Assembly: GCF_000372725.1 (NCBI RefSeq)
Contig: NW_005201192.1
Coordinates: 682,001 to 746,000 of the forward strand
DNA: 64,000 nucleotides
Direction of reading: 5' to 3'
Origin: Emiliania huxleyi CCMP1516
Taxonomy: Eukaryota
Shown: piece after piece, positions 23,982-34,440 of the stretch
How positions within the stretch are numbered: position 1 is the first letter of the stretch
Layout: each line of letters opens with the position of its first letter
Notes under the pieces: generated by a model
The model's input: the letters and a program-made list of their open reading frames with translations, nothing else
Told to the model about the DNA's origin: nothing
The model's database searches: none
Made by a program: the position numbers and the translations under genes

Positions 23982-24189
23982 TTCTAAGTCTTAAGCGCCA
24001 GGTCTGACGAGCTGGGCTTGTGGCGCTCAGCTAGGTCATGCACACCCTCTGGGCGCTGAGCTGAGTGGAGCGAGTGGAGGGCTGGAGCGTGGAGGCGAGA
24101 GTGTATGTAGTGGAGCCCAAGGAGCCGAGCGGAGCCGAGCGGAGCCGAACAGAGCTGCCACAGTGCCATCTGGCGCTTAAGACTTAGAA
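23982..24189. mobile_element. MITE with 20-bp perfect TIRs
   Basis: TTCTAAGTCTTAAGCGCCAG ... CTGGCGCTTAAGACTTAGAA; internal (GGAGCCGAGC)n. Confidence 0.8.
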
Positions 24190-25084
24190 ACGCAGGGATC
24201 TCTCGCACGAAAAACTCGAACACGCACTCCAAGGGCAAGGCGTGAGAGAGAGAGAGACAGAGAGTGTGTGTTATGCACAACAACAAACAAACTNNNNNNN
24301 NNNNNNNNNNNNNNNNNNNNNNNNNNNNNNNNNNNNNNNNNNNNNNNNNNNNNNNNNNNNNNNNNNNNNNNNNNNNNNNNNNNNNNNNNNNNNNNNNNNN
24401 NNNNNNNNNNNNNNNNNNNNNNNNNNNNNNNNNNNNNNNNNNNNNNNNNNNNNNNNNNNNNNNNNNNNNNNNNNNNNNNNNNNNNNNNNNNNNNNNNNNN
24501 NNNNNNNNNNNGCGGCGTGTCACATATACATAAAAAAACTGCTGACGTTTAAAATGTGACTCTCGTACTCCGCGCTAAAACACCCACGTACTCGCTCACA
24601 CGTAACCGACGGAGCTGTGCTCTCCGCTCTCTCAAAGTTCCCGGCGCTCGATCCGCTCGGGGCAGTCCGGGCCGCTCCTTCGCCGGAGCGCAATCAGCGG
24701 AGAGTCGCCCAGCGACAGGCAGAGGGGCGACGGTGGGCGCGCCGCCGTCGGCCCGCCCTTTGGCTCCACGATCGGCGGGCGGCGGTCGATCCTCGGCGCA
24801 AACCGCGGCGGGCACGCGCAGCCGCATGATGAAGCGACCGGGCCGCGCAGCCGCATGATCGTGAAGCGTCAACTCATACGGGGGGGGGGGGGGGGAGGGG
24901 GGGGTCGTTTCTATCTTTCGGTTCTTTTCTTCCGCACAGAGCCGTGCCAGGGGGTTTTGTTGTAAAATTATTTTTTCCTTTTCTTTCACTCGCCTCGCCT
25001 ATTCAACAGCCGCGCATGCGCCCTATTCACACTTGCCTGCACCACCGCCAGTTGGCTGCACCTCCCCATCGCAGCCGCCCCCGC

Positions 25085-26200
25085 TCAGCTCGTCAGTGTC
25101 TGCAGCTCGTCCGCCACCTCCTGCAGCTTGGTCTGCAGCTCGGGCCGTCGCCCGACCTCGTCTTGCCACGCCCGCTCGATCGCCGGGTCCACCTCCCCCT
25201 CCGAGTCATCCTGGCCCATGAGCGCCGCCTTGGTCGCGTTCGCTAGCTGCACCAGCCCCATTGGAGTCATCTCGGGCGACCTGAATATCGCCGTGTCCAG
25301 GGCGCCCACGATGGCCGGGATCACCTGCTCCGCCGCCGCACGCGCCCGCCGCTGTTTCCCGGCGTCGCCCGTGACTATGCGTCGCAGCGCGCGTAGTGCC
25401 ACCTTTAGCAGGTTCCAGGCCCTCTTATCCCGGAGTCCGCAATCATCGGTGCAGTCGCGCAACGCCGCTATCGTGCGGATGATCGTCTCGACAGCGCCCG
25501 CCGAAGCCGCCGCCTCGCGCCTGAAGCTCGCCTCGCTCTGCAGCCTTGTCATCGCCTCGGCGTCAGTGACATTGCCAGGCAGCCCTAGGGCCTCAACATT
25601 GTCGGACGCGCAGACGGACGCAATGATGTGGGTGCCTGCCTGCTGGATTCCCCAGGCCTGCGCGCAAGCGGTTGGGTCGAGCCCGGAAGAATCCATAGCG
25701 AGGACCGTCGCGTTGAGCGCGCCTAGCTCCGCGAGGCGCGTGCTACGCGCCAGACGTGCATACGACTCCTTCCTCCCGTGCGTGGAGACGGTTCCCAGCG
25801 CAGTCAGGGCAGCCTCGATGAGCATGCCACCTGGCAAGCGCCGTTCGCCCACCAGCTCGCCACAGGAGTGCCTTGTGACCGAGTGGATTAGGGCGGGCAG
25901 CGCCTGGCCGTCCGCCGCCTCCAATAGCGCGTCCATCTCTTGCGAGGCGTTGGCAAGGGCACCAAGCATGCCCACACGCATGAATAAGGCCGATGTCTCC
26001 TCAAAATCTGCTGTGGCCCACTTTGCTACTGCTACACCCAGCTCTGCACCGTTCATTTTCACAATCTTGGCTGCGGCCGGCGGTTCATCATCGCTGCAAG
26101 AGCCCGTGCCGCCAGGCACCTCGATGTGCTCCGATCCCGCTGAAAAGGTGAGGCGGGCCGCGAGCAGGACACACGCAAAGAAGCGCGCGCACACCTGCAT
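25085..26200 (-). CDS. Hypothetical protein, signal peptide plus ARM-like helical repeats
   Basis: 371-aa ORF with hydrophobic N-terminus; AGAVETII...ALRALRRIV helical pattern. Confidence 0.6.
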   Translation of the reverse strand: MQVCARFFACVLLAARLTFSAGSEHIEVPGGTGSCSDDEPPAAAKIVKMNGAELGVAVAKWATADFEETSALFMRVGMLGALANASQEMDALLEAADGQALPALIHSVTRHSCGELVGERRLPGGMLIEAALTALGTVSTHGRKESYARLARSTRLAELGALNATVLAMDSSGLDPTACAQAWGIQQAGTHIIASVCASDNVEALGLPGNVTDAEAMTRLQSEASFRREAAASAGAVETIIRTIAALRDCTDDCGLRDKRAWNLLKVALRALRRIVTGDAGKQRRARAAAEQVIPAIVGALDTAIFRSPEMTPMGLVQLANATKAALMGQDDSEGEVDPAIERAWQDEVGRRPELQTKLQEVADELQTLTS

Positions 26201-26830
26201 GCGCGTGACTTGTTACTCCGCTGCACTCGACGTCCAGACCAGAACTAGATGAAGTTCTTTGGACCTTGGACGCACGACATAGAGCTCCAGTCGAACTCCC
26301 CGAGTTGTGGACACGTCCCTTCCAACGCCATGCCAAGAATTTTACAATAAGGCCCCGCCGTGTTTATCTTTGTGGCAAGGGTACTTTGTGGGTGTGGACG
26401 TGTGGGCGGCGACTGCCTTACTAGGGACTAGCACAGCCGTCTAGCGTCTAAGCGTCTTCCACAACCACATGGTCCCTCGCGCCTCGGGCTCGGCGCTCGG
26501 GGGGTCCCTGCTGCTCCTAATCTCTTCGTGCATCCTCCTGCTGATCGGTCCGCAAAGGCCTGCTCGCCGCTCCCTCGCTCCCCCGCGCAACGCGGCCAAC
26601 GCCAACGGTCAAGTGAATTTTACAACACTAATTCGAAGAACAAAACTGGCCCCTGCGGGCAACCGCGAACCGGGCCGCAACCGGCATGTGTGGCAAAAGA
26701 ATATTATCTCAGCGAATTTTCATATAAGTTGCCCTCCGATCAAGTGTGTCCTGGACACACTTGTGTATTGCTGGTGTATTGCGGCCAGCATGGCAGCACC
26801 GGGGGTCTAGAGTCCCGCGGGTTGTAGGCA

Positions 26831-28538
26831 CTAGAGCAGGTCAGCCTTCCACTGCGAGAGGATCTCGTGCGTGACGCCCCCGCCCCCGCAGACGACGACC
26901 ACGACCGTCTCGAAGCGCCGCAGCGCCTCGCGCTGCCGCGGCGAGTAGGCGAGCGCGAGTGCCGCGCCGCAGGCCGGCTCGACGAGCACGCGGTGGTCGT
27001 CGAGGAGCGAAGCGCACGCGCCGACCGCCTCGGCGTCGGAGACGGTGTACGCCTGCCGCGCGGGCGGGTTGGTGTGTGTGCGGCCGGCTGGATCGTGGGC
27101 GTGCGCACGGGCTGCCTCGGTACCAGACCACGTGACACCGCTGCCACCCGTCTGCGCCTCTCTCCCTACTGCCCTGCGCGCCTCCGTCGGCTGGTCGTCT
27201 CGCGCCATCTGGACGGCCGAGCTCGAGGCGGACAGCGCGCCTGCAGGTCAGAGGCCCCTAGGTCTCGGGGCGCGCCTCCGGAGTCTCCTCCCCTCGCGCT
27301 CAAGCGGCGGCGCCGAGCGAAGTGGCGACCGAAGTGATGCCGGCGAGGGTGACCGGCTCCCCGGCGGCGAGCGCCTTTGCGAAGCAGGCCGCCCCGTCCG
27401 TCTCCGCGGTGAGCACCGTCGTCTCGCTCCAGCCGTGCCTGCAGCCCAGGGGCGCAGCTTCAGTTGGGCAAAATGCCACACACGCACCACCCTCCCTCCC
27501 CCACCCTCCGCCCTCCCGCCTCTGCAGCCCTCGCAGGACGCCGCACAGCAGTCCTCCTCCGCCCACGCTGACGACGATGGCGTCGGGCCGCACGCCTTGG
27601 ATGGGAGGGGCGGGCGGTGGCGGAGGGCGAGGCGGGGGAGGGGAGGAGGGGAGGAGGGGAGGAGGGGANNNNNNNNNNNNNNNNNNNNNNNNNNNNNNNN
27701 NNNNNNNNNNNNNNNNNNNNNNNNNNNNNNNNNNNNNNNNNNNNNNNNNNNNNNNNNNNNNNNNNNNNAGGAGGAGAGGAGAGGAGGAGAGGAGGCGAGG
27801 AGAGGAGGAGAGGAGTAGAGGAGGAGGAGAGGCGAGGAGAGGGCCGGCCTGCTGCTGCGATCTCGTCGATGATGGACGAGTGGCCCTCCCACAGCAGCGG
27901 GTCGTCGTACGGCGGCACGTACGCAGCCGCCCCGCCCGACGCGCCGACGAGCTCTGTGGCAGCCGGCGGCCACGGCGGTCGGCTCTGGCGGGCAGGCGGC
28001 GGCGGCGGCGGCGGCGAGAGCGAGGCGAGAGCGATGAGCGAGCGTGCGGATGTGGCTCCGGATCGCGGCGCGCACCTCGAGCGAGTTCGTCCGCCGCGTT
28101 CCAGTTGGCGCCGTGCACCTCCACCTCGGCTCCGTGCGCGCGCATCTTTTCAATCATGATTGGCTTTGTGGTCGTCGGCACGACCACCCGGACGCGCATG
28201 CCTAGCTTGCGGCCGGCGGCAGAGGCGGCGAGGCCAGCGTTGCCGCCGGAGGAGGAGATGAGGTCGGTGACACCACGCGACTGCAGCGCTGCGCACATGT
28301 AGGCCATCCCGCGGTCCTTGAAGGAGCCGCTCGGCTGCAGCGCGTCCATCTTGAGCAGCACTTGGCAGCCGGTGGCGGCCGAGAGCGGGAGCGACTCGAC
28401 GAGTGGCGTCTGGTGCGTCAGTCCATGCGGCAGCTTGATCGCAGGCACGATCGGCGCTGCCCTCGCCAGCGTGGCGAGAGGTCGCAGCGTCGTTCGCGGA
28501 CGCAGCGTCGACAGCGGTAGGCTGAACAGCACCGCCAT
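26831..28538 (-). CDS. PLP-dependent L-serine/threonine dehydratase (multi-exon, spans gap)
   Basis: LKMDALQPSGSFKDRG, SSGGNAG, PPYDDPLLWEGH, SVGGGGLLCG, ITSVATSLG, LVEPACGAALA, VVCGG; transit-peptide-like N-terminus. Confidence 0.92.
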
Positions 28539-28575
28539 GGGGCCGGAGGGGTGCGGTCGGTGAGAAAAAATTCTC

Positions 28576-28681
28576 CGTTACCACCCGATGCCAATCATCC
28601 GGCCCGCTGGGTGCGCTTCTGAGCTCCCCGGCCCTGGATGTGCGGTTAATGACTGCACTCCAAGTGCTCCAAGTGCTCCAA
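28576..28681 (+). repeat. SINE-like dispersed repeat A, copy 4
   Basis: ...ATCATCCGGCCCGCTGGGTGCGCTTCTGAGCTCCCCGGCCCTGG...GACTGCACTCCAAGTGCTCCAAGTGCTCCAA. Confidence 0.8.
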
Positions 28682-28886
28682 ACCCGGAAAAAAAGCGCGC
28701 ATTGTCGGGGCTCCCGGGCTCCGAGCCGTCTTGGGATCCCTCCTCGCGAAGAATCGCTCCCCACCTCTCTGGAGCCGTCGCGGGGCTGTGAAGGCCCGTA
28801 AAGAAAGACCCTCGCCCGCCGGTTTGACCGTGACATCGGACTTGACCGCCGCTCTAGCAGCAACACACGTTGCATATACCCTTCAT

Positions 28887-29483
28887 ATGCGAGCTTCCGC
28901 TCTCCTTCTGGCCTCCCTCGCCGCAGCCCTTGCTGCTGTGGCGTTCACGGGCGTGTGCAGTCTGTTGCGTGCAAGATACGTCTACTCTGGGCTCGCCATA
29001 ACGTGGCCGGCGGCAGCATTGGTTGGACTGCTCTTTAGGTTCTGCGCTCAGATCGTTCGCAGCCACCAGGAGACAGCCGCTGTCCCGAGAGGGCGATGCT
29101 CGGGCGCGGGCAGCGTGGGCACTGGCAAGGATACTGAACTTGATTGGCACGAGGCTGCGCCTGAGCACAGAATCAACGCGATGCCGTCAACGGATGAGGT
29201 AATGCGAGGTCCTGGTTCGGAGTCGGCGGAGCCAGCAAAGGAGGATGCGGAGGGGGGTGGGGCGCGGGAAGAGCAACGGGATGCGCGACGAGTGGTGCGC
29301 AAGGTGAAAATGGGCGGCCCCAAACCGTGCGACGTGTGCGCGCGTGACGTCGACCTGCTGGTGCGCTGCCAGGCCGACGCAAGCAATCAGCAGTGGAGGA
29401 TGGTGTGTGGCCGCTGCTGGAAGGCGGTCGCAAAGCAGAATCCACACTATCGGTACGGCGGGCTGTGGCGCCGCGCTCGATGA
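28887..29483 (+). CDS. Small protein with two hydrophobic segments and a C4 zinc-finger-like C-terminus
   Basis: KPCDVC...LLVRCQAD...WRMVCGRCW...NPHYRYGGLWR. Confidence 0.7.
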   Translation: MRASALLLASLAAALAAVAFTGVCSLLRARYVYSGLAITWPAAALVGLLFRFCAQIVRSHQETAAVPRGRCSGAGSVGTGKDTELDWHEAAPEHRINAMPSTDEVMRGPGSESAEPAKEDAEGGGAREEQRDARRVVRKVKMGGPKPCDVCARDVDLLVRCQADASNQQWRMVCGRCWKAVAKQNPHYRYGGLWRRAR

Positions 29484-29853
29484 AAGGGAGTGGACGAATC
29501 GGAGCTCCACGCTGGCGGTGCCGCGCTGAGATAGACCCCGGTCGCCCCCCGCTGTGCGCGCTGTGCCCCGCCGCTTTCAGCGCGGTGGCTCCCTCTCGCG
29601 TCTCGGCACACTCTCCCGGCGCGCCGCGGCCGCGCGTGCTGTGGCGTGTGGGGTGTGGCGTATGTGGCGGCGCACACGCGCATCGTTTCTGGATTTCGAA
29701 GCGAACTGCTTACGTTGCTCAGTAGACGGCATTGCCTATTTGCCTTGGATCGACTCATTTCTGATTTTGGTCTCTCTCTCTCCCGGTCTCTGTCCAAACT
29801 GCGCCGCGGTCCCGCGGAGAGCATATTTGTGCCAGCTTTTCTGTGCTGCTCGC

Positions 29854-30207
29854 TCAGAGCATCTCCATGGTGAACTCCTGCGCCTCAACGCGCGTGCAGC
29901 CGTCGATCGCCCCAAGCTTCGCGAGGAACTCCGCCTCGGGCTTGAACTCGTCTTCCTTCCAAGCTCCGTGGTCATCCGCGGGCTGGTTGACGATGACCTT
30001 GAAGTCGCCGCAGCCGCCGCACACCACGCGGGTCACTTCGGCGTTGGGAAGCGCCTTGAGCGTAGGGAGATACGCTTCCAGGAGCGCCTGTGCGGCCTTC
30101 AGCGCCGCCGATTCGCCCGGGCCGCCGTCTGCGCCCATGGCGTACTTGCAGCGCCACTCGCGTGCAACCTTTGTGAAGGCCACACCCGTCGAGCCGATCT
30201 CCGGCAT
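29854..30207 (-). CDS. Conserved small algal protein with CGGC motif
   Basis: 117-aa ORF with strong codon bias; VAREWRCK...RVVCGGCGDFKV. Confidence 0.75.
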   Translation of the reverse strand: MPEIGSTGVAFTKVAREWRCKYAMGADGGPGESAALKAAQALLEAYLPTLKALPNAEVTRVVCGGCGDFKVIVNQPADDHGAWKEDEFKPEAEFLAKLGAIDGCTRVEAQEFTMEML

Positions 30208-30818
30208 GTTCCTGAACGCAGGGGGATTCTGTCGGGAGACACAAAAGCGACCTGTGTGTACTGTGTTAGTGCCAGTGCGCGCCAGTATCCGAAACGTGTG
30301 GCTACGGCTTGCGACCCGAGATCAGATGGGAGCTGGCTCACAGAGCCAGACGCGTAGGAAGTGCAGCGCCGGTTCTAACTGCGTGGGATGCTAGAGCAGA
30401 GCAACCTCGGCTTGTGGCTGCGATGCTCGGACAGTGCACAAAAAATAGCATTTTTTTTGAGCTTCCCTTCGATGTTATGAAACAAACGCAAGGCGGACAT
30501 GGCATTTTTTTTGAATTTGCCTCTAGTTCGTTACCCTTTACACGACCCACGACCTCCCCTCTTCACGTAAACGCACAACCCCGGGCCCGAAATCGCACAG
30601 AGTCACGCAACACATTCGCTGTATCTACTCAGCAGCTCCGCTTACATGTACACTTACCTGTGAACGATATCGGTGTCGAAACACCGCTCTGACAGCGCTC
30701 ACAGCTACGGGGTCCCACCCAGGCCGCTTTGCTCACCCTTTTTTTTTTTCCTGTGTCTTGATTTGCCAAGAACAATAACCCCACGGGCCGCACCGAGCCG
30801 CCCGCGCCAAGAGCTCGA

Positions 30819-32641
30819 ATGAGCGTCGCGCAGGAGGGCATGTTCGACATGCGCGACCCTCCGGCGCGCGTGGCCGCGACGCTGCCCGGCCTGACCTCCA
30901 CCGCGCCGTACGAGTACTACTCTGGCTACCTCAACGCTGGCACTCCGCCGTCGGGTCGCGGCGTCGCCTTCTTCCACTACATCTGCGCGATGGCGCCGGA
31001 CTGGAAGGAGAAGCCGCTCTCGATCTGGTACAACGGCGGCCCGGGCGCGCCGTCCACGTTTGGGCTCTTCCAGGAGTTTGGGCCCTTCCTGCTGACCTCG
31101 GACTCGTATCGCACGGCGGAATTCCGTGCGACCAAGGTGCCGACGCCGCTCTTCAACGCGTGGACGTGGGCCAACGTGACGAGCCTCTGCGAGATCGACT
31201 CTCCCGCTCCGATGGGTGCCTCATACTGCACGATGGGCAACGGCAGCGCCACCAGCCACGGCGGCCCGAGCGGAGACCCGTACACCTGCGGCCCTTGGAC
31301 GGACAAGTCGACGGCGAAGGCCAACCACCGCGCGCACGCCGCCTTCTTCCGCGACGCCTTCCCCGAGTTCGAGGCTTCGCAGCAGCCGGTGACGCTGGTG
31401 GGCGAGTCGTACGCCGGCGTGTACGTCCCTCTCTTTGCAAACGAGTGGCTCGACGACCCGATCACCGGCCCTACCGGCAGGCCGATCCACTTCAAGGGCT
31501 TCGCGGTGGGCGACGGCTTCCCGGCCTGCATCCCGCAGCCGGGCAGGCCGGTCGACTGGTGCGTCAACCTGCGGGAGGTCGAGTTCTTCAAGTACCCCAA
31601 CGCGCTGCCCGGGCCGCACTGGGACGTCGAGTTCTTCCACGGGCGCGAGATGCAGCCGAGATGCAGCCGAGGTGCATCCGAGGTGCAGCCGAGGTGGTGA
31701 CACCTGACACGGCACCGCGCCTCAGGCACTCGCAGATGTCCGAGGAGCTGTACGCGCGCATCGTCGGCGGCGGCTGCAGCGAGGCGGAGCTCAAGGGCAA
31801 GGCTGCGCCGCAGCCGCTCAGCGCCGGCTGCCTGTCTCTGATGGAGGAGATGAGTCGCGAGGTTGGCTTCTTCTACGCCTACAACCTCTTCGAGGCGTGC
31901 CCCGAGGAGGTGCCCAAGAGGAGGATGACGGCGGGGGCGACGAGGCCGCGCTCACGCGCGCGCGTCGCCATCGACGCCGCGACCGCCGCCTCGCTGATCC
32001 CGCTGACCGCCGCCCCGCTGCCAGCCGCGCCCTCGCCCGGCGACGGCGACACTGGCCTGGGCGCTCCGTGCCTCGGCTCGGCGATGAACGACTACTTTTC
32101 GCTCAACGCCACCAAGGCGGGGCTCGGCATCCCGTTGTCGAACAACTTCATCGTCCTTGACAACGGGATCGGCATGAACTACACGACAGATTCGGCCTTC
32201 GTCGGCTTCGCCTATGAAAAGGCGATCCGGGCGGGCAAGAGGGTCCTCATCTACGAGGGCGACTCGGACGACTGCGGCCTGCAGACGGCGCCGATCGAGC
32301 AGATCTGGGTGCCCTTCTTCGGCAACGGGACCGGCACGTGGACGCCGATGGGGCCGCTCGGCACGCCCGCCTCCACGCCCCTCGGCCTGCCGCTCACGCA
32401 GCCGTGGCGGCCATTCGAGGTGCTGCCCAGAGGGAGGCGCGTGCAGGGAGGCTTCTCGATGGCGTGGAACGGCGGCCAGGTCCGCTTCGTGTCGGTCCGC
32501 GGCGCGGGCCACCTGCTGCCGCTCTACCGACCCGCCGCCTCCTTCACGATGATGAGCGCCTTTCAGGCCGACGAGCCACTGCCGCCGCCTTTCTACCCGC
32601 CGCCGCCGAGAGAGCAGGCGGCGCGGCGGGCGGTGTCGTAG
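30819..32641 (+). CDS. Serine carboxypeptidase S10 (GC-AG intron 31643-31725)
   Basis: YSGYL, WYNGGPG, EFGPF, GESYAG (Ser), YEGDSD (Asp), GAGH (His). Confidence 0.93.
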
Positions 32642-32739
32642 TCTATGACCGTATGAGAGAGAGCTCTCTCAGAAAAACGGACGATTTGCTCGCCAATAAG
32701 CAATATTTTTGCACCACCGCACGAGACGCCTGTGTGTGA

Positions 32740-33885
32740 TCACACGAGACCGATAGACGCGACGCCGCCGCACTCCTCCTCTGTCAACACCGCCTCCACC
32801 GCTGCCACCGCCACACTCCTCGCCGCCGCCGCCGCCGCCTTCCTCTCTTTCTTTGATCGCGGCGCGCCCTGCGGAAGGCCGGCCCGTTCTAGGATCTCTG
32901 GCAGCGAGCCAGGGACAAACTCTGCGGCTCCGGCCCGCAGGGTGGACGTGCCTGCTGGCGTGCGCCGCCCGTCCATGTCGCCCGCCTTCCACTCACCATC
33001 GTAGACCCCGCCGTCAGCGTCCCTCCCCAGCTCGTCGCTCCCCACCTCCAGCGTGCCGATCGCCCACGACCCTGCGTGCGCCTTTCGCCACGCAGTCATA
33101 TCGTCGGAGCCGTCGGCGGGGACGCTATCCGCGCAGCTCAGGCCGTGGCTACGCCACGCGATGCGCGCGCGGCCGAGGTCGGCGAGGCGCGAGAGAAACC
33201 GCTCCTCGTTCCCGTTGCGCACGCGCCAGCACATGACCACGAGGCGGCAGCCGCCGCGGCCAATGAGAGCGCGGAGCGCCGCCTCGAGCGGTGCGAAGGA
33301 CGTGTCGTCTGACGAGTAGATGACGTCCGAGGCGACGAGGACCTCGCTGCACCGGCCGCCTCGCCCGACGGCTTGCAGCACCTCCTCGAGCTGTGTCTCG
33401 CTCTCCCAGGCGTACTGCAGCGCGCGAAGCCGCGTAGCCTCGACGCCGTTGCGAGAGGCATTCCGCTGGATGAGCTTCGTCGCGCACGTGTCCCCGTCGG
33501 TGGAGACAACGTGCAGGCCCAGCTTTGCTAGCGCGATCGAGACGAGGCCGCACCCGGCGCCGAGCTCGACGGCCGACGAGAAGGAGGCGAGGAGCTGCTG
33601 CGGGCGCCTCTCGCGGCAGCACCAGTCGGCCAGCTCCTCGCTCGCGCCCCAGACCACCCTCCCGGTCGCGTCGCCCGCTCGCACGGAGGAGCCGTTCACA
33701 CTCGCTTCGCCGATGCAGATGCAGCCGCAAGGGAGGCGGATGTAGCGGCGGCCGGCAGCGCCGTGCTCGCCGTCGCTTGTGTCGCTGCTGCTGTACGCGG
33801 CGGCGGTGTCTGGCTCAGGCGCTCCCAAATATACACATTGCCTGCTCTGCTGAGGGGAGGGGCCGGGCTCATAGCCCCCCGTCAT
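32740..33885 (-). CDS. Family-16 (METTL21-like) protein methyltransferase with PAM2-like motif
   Basis: TGRVVWGAS, VELGAGCGLVS, STDG, ASDVIY; tail TLRAGAAEFVPG. Confidence 0.85.
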   Translation of the reverse strand: MTGGYEPGPSPQQSRQCVYLGAPEPDTAAAYSSSDTSDGEHGAAGRRYIRLPCGCICIGEASVNGSSVRAGDATGRVVWGASEELADWCCRERRPQQLLASFSSAVELGAGCGLVSIALAKLGLHVVSTDGDTCATKLIQRNASRNGVEATRLRALQYAWESETQLEEVLQAVGRGGRCSEVLVASDVIYSSDDTSFAPLEAALRALIGRGGCRLVVMCWRVRNGNEERFLSRLADLGRARIAWRSHGLSCADSVPADGSDDMTAWRKAHAGSWAIGTLEVGSDELGRDADGGVYDGEWKAGDMDGRRTPAGTSTLRAGAAEFVPGSLPEILERAGLPQGAPRSKKERKAAAAAARSVAVAAVEAVLTEEECGGVASIGLV

Positions 33886-34041
33886 GTACAGTGAGACGTA
33901 TAAACGAACGGACGTCGGCGCAACTTCTCGTTGGCAGTTGCGTCGCGGTCGTGCCAGCCGATTTCAGTCGCGCGACTCGCAACTGCACTCAACTTGCGGC
34001 GGGCAACAAGCAATTTAAAAATAACAGAATAACACGCCGCG

Positions 34042-34175
34042 AGAGCGCGCACACCCCAGGGCTAGGGCTCTCTAGCCCGTAACCCGACCCCAATCGTCCG
34101 GCCTCTGGGTGCGCTTCTTAGCTCCCCGGCCCTATGCCGGCGTGCGGCTGCCGTCTGCACTCCAAGTGCTCCAAG
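34042..34175 (+). repeat. SINE-like dispersed repeat A, copy 5 (long)
   Basis: GCGCGCACACCCCAGGGCTAGGGCTCTC...GGGTGCGCTTCTTAGCTCCCCGGCCCT...TGCACTCCAAGTGCTCCAAG. Confidence 0.8.
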
Positions 34176-34440
34176 TTATCGCCCCGCGCGGCAGCCAACG
34201 AATACCGTTGGCAAAACAAAACAAACAATCTCTCTCCGTTGGCGCGTTGCGGCACAAGAAACGCGGAGTGCGAGAGATTTTTAGCAATACCAAATAACTC
34301 TAATACTCACACGTCATTTGGGGCCTGGAGCCCTTTTCGCTTTTGTTCGGAGTGTGTCATATGGGGATGGGGTGTGTATAGGTACATCGAGATTTCACGC
34401 AAAGAAAGACACATAGCTGATAGCAAGTAAAGAGGGCAGC

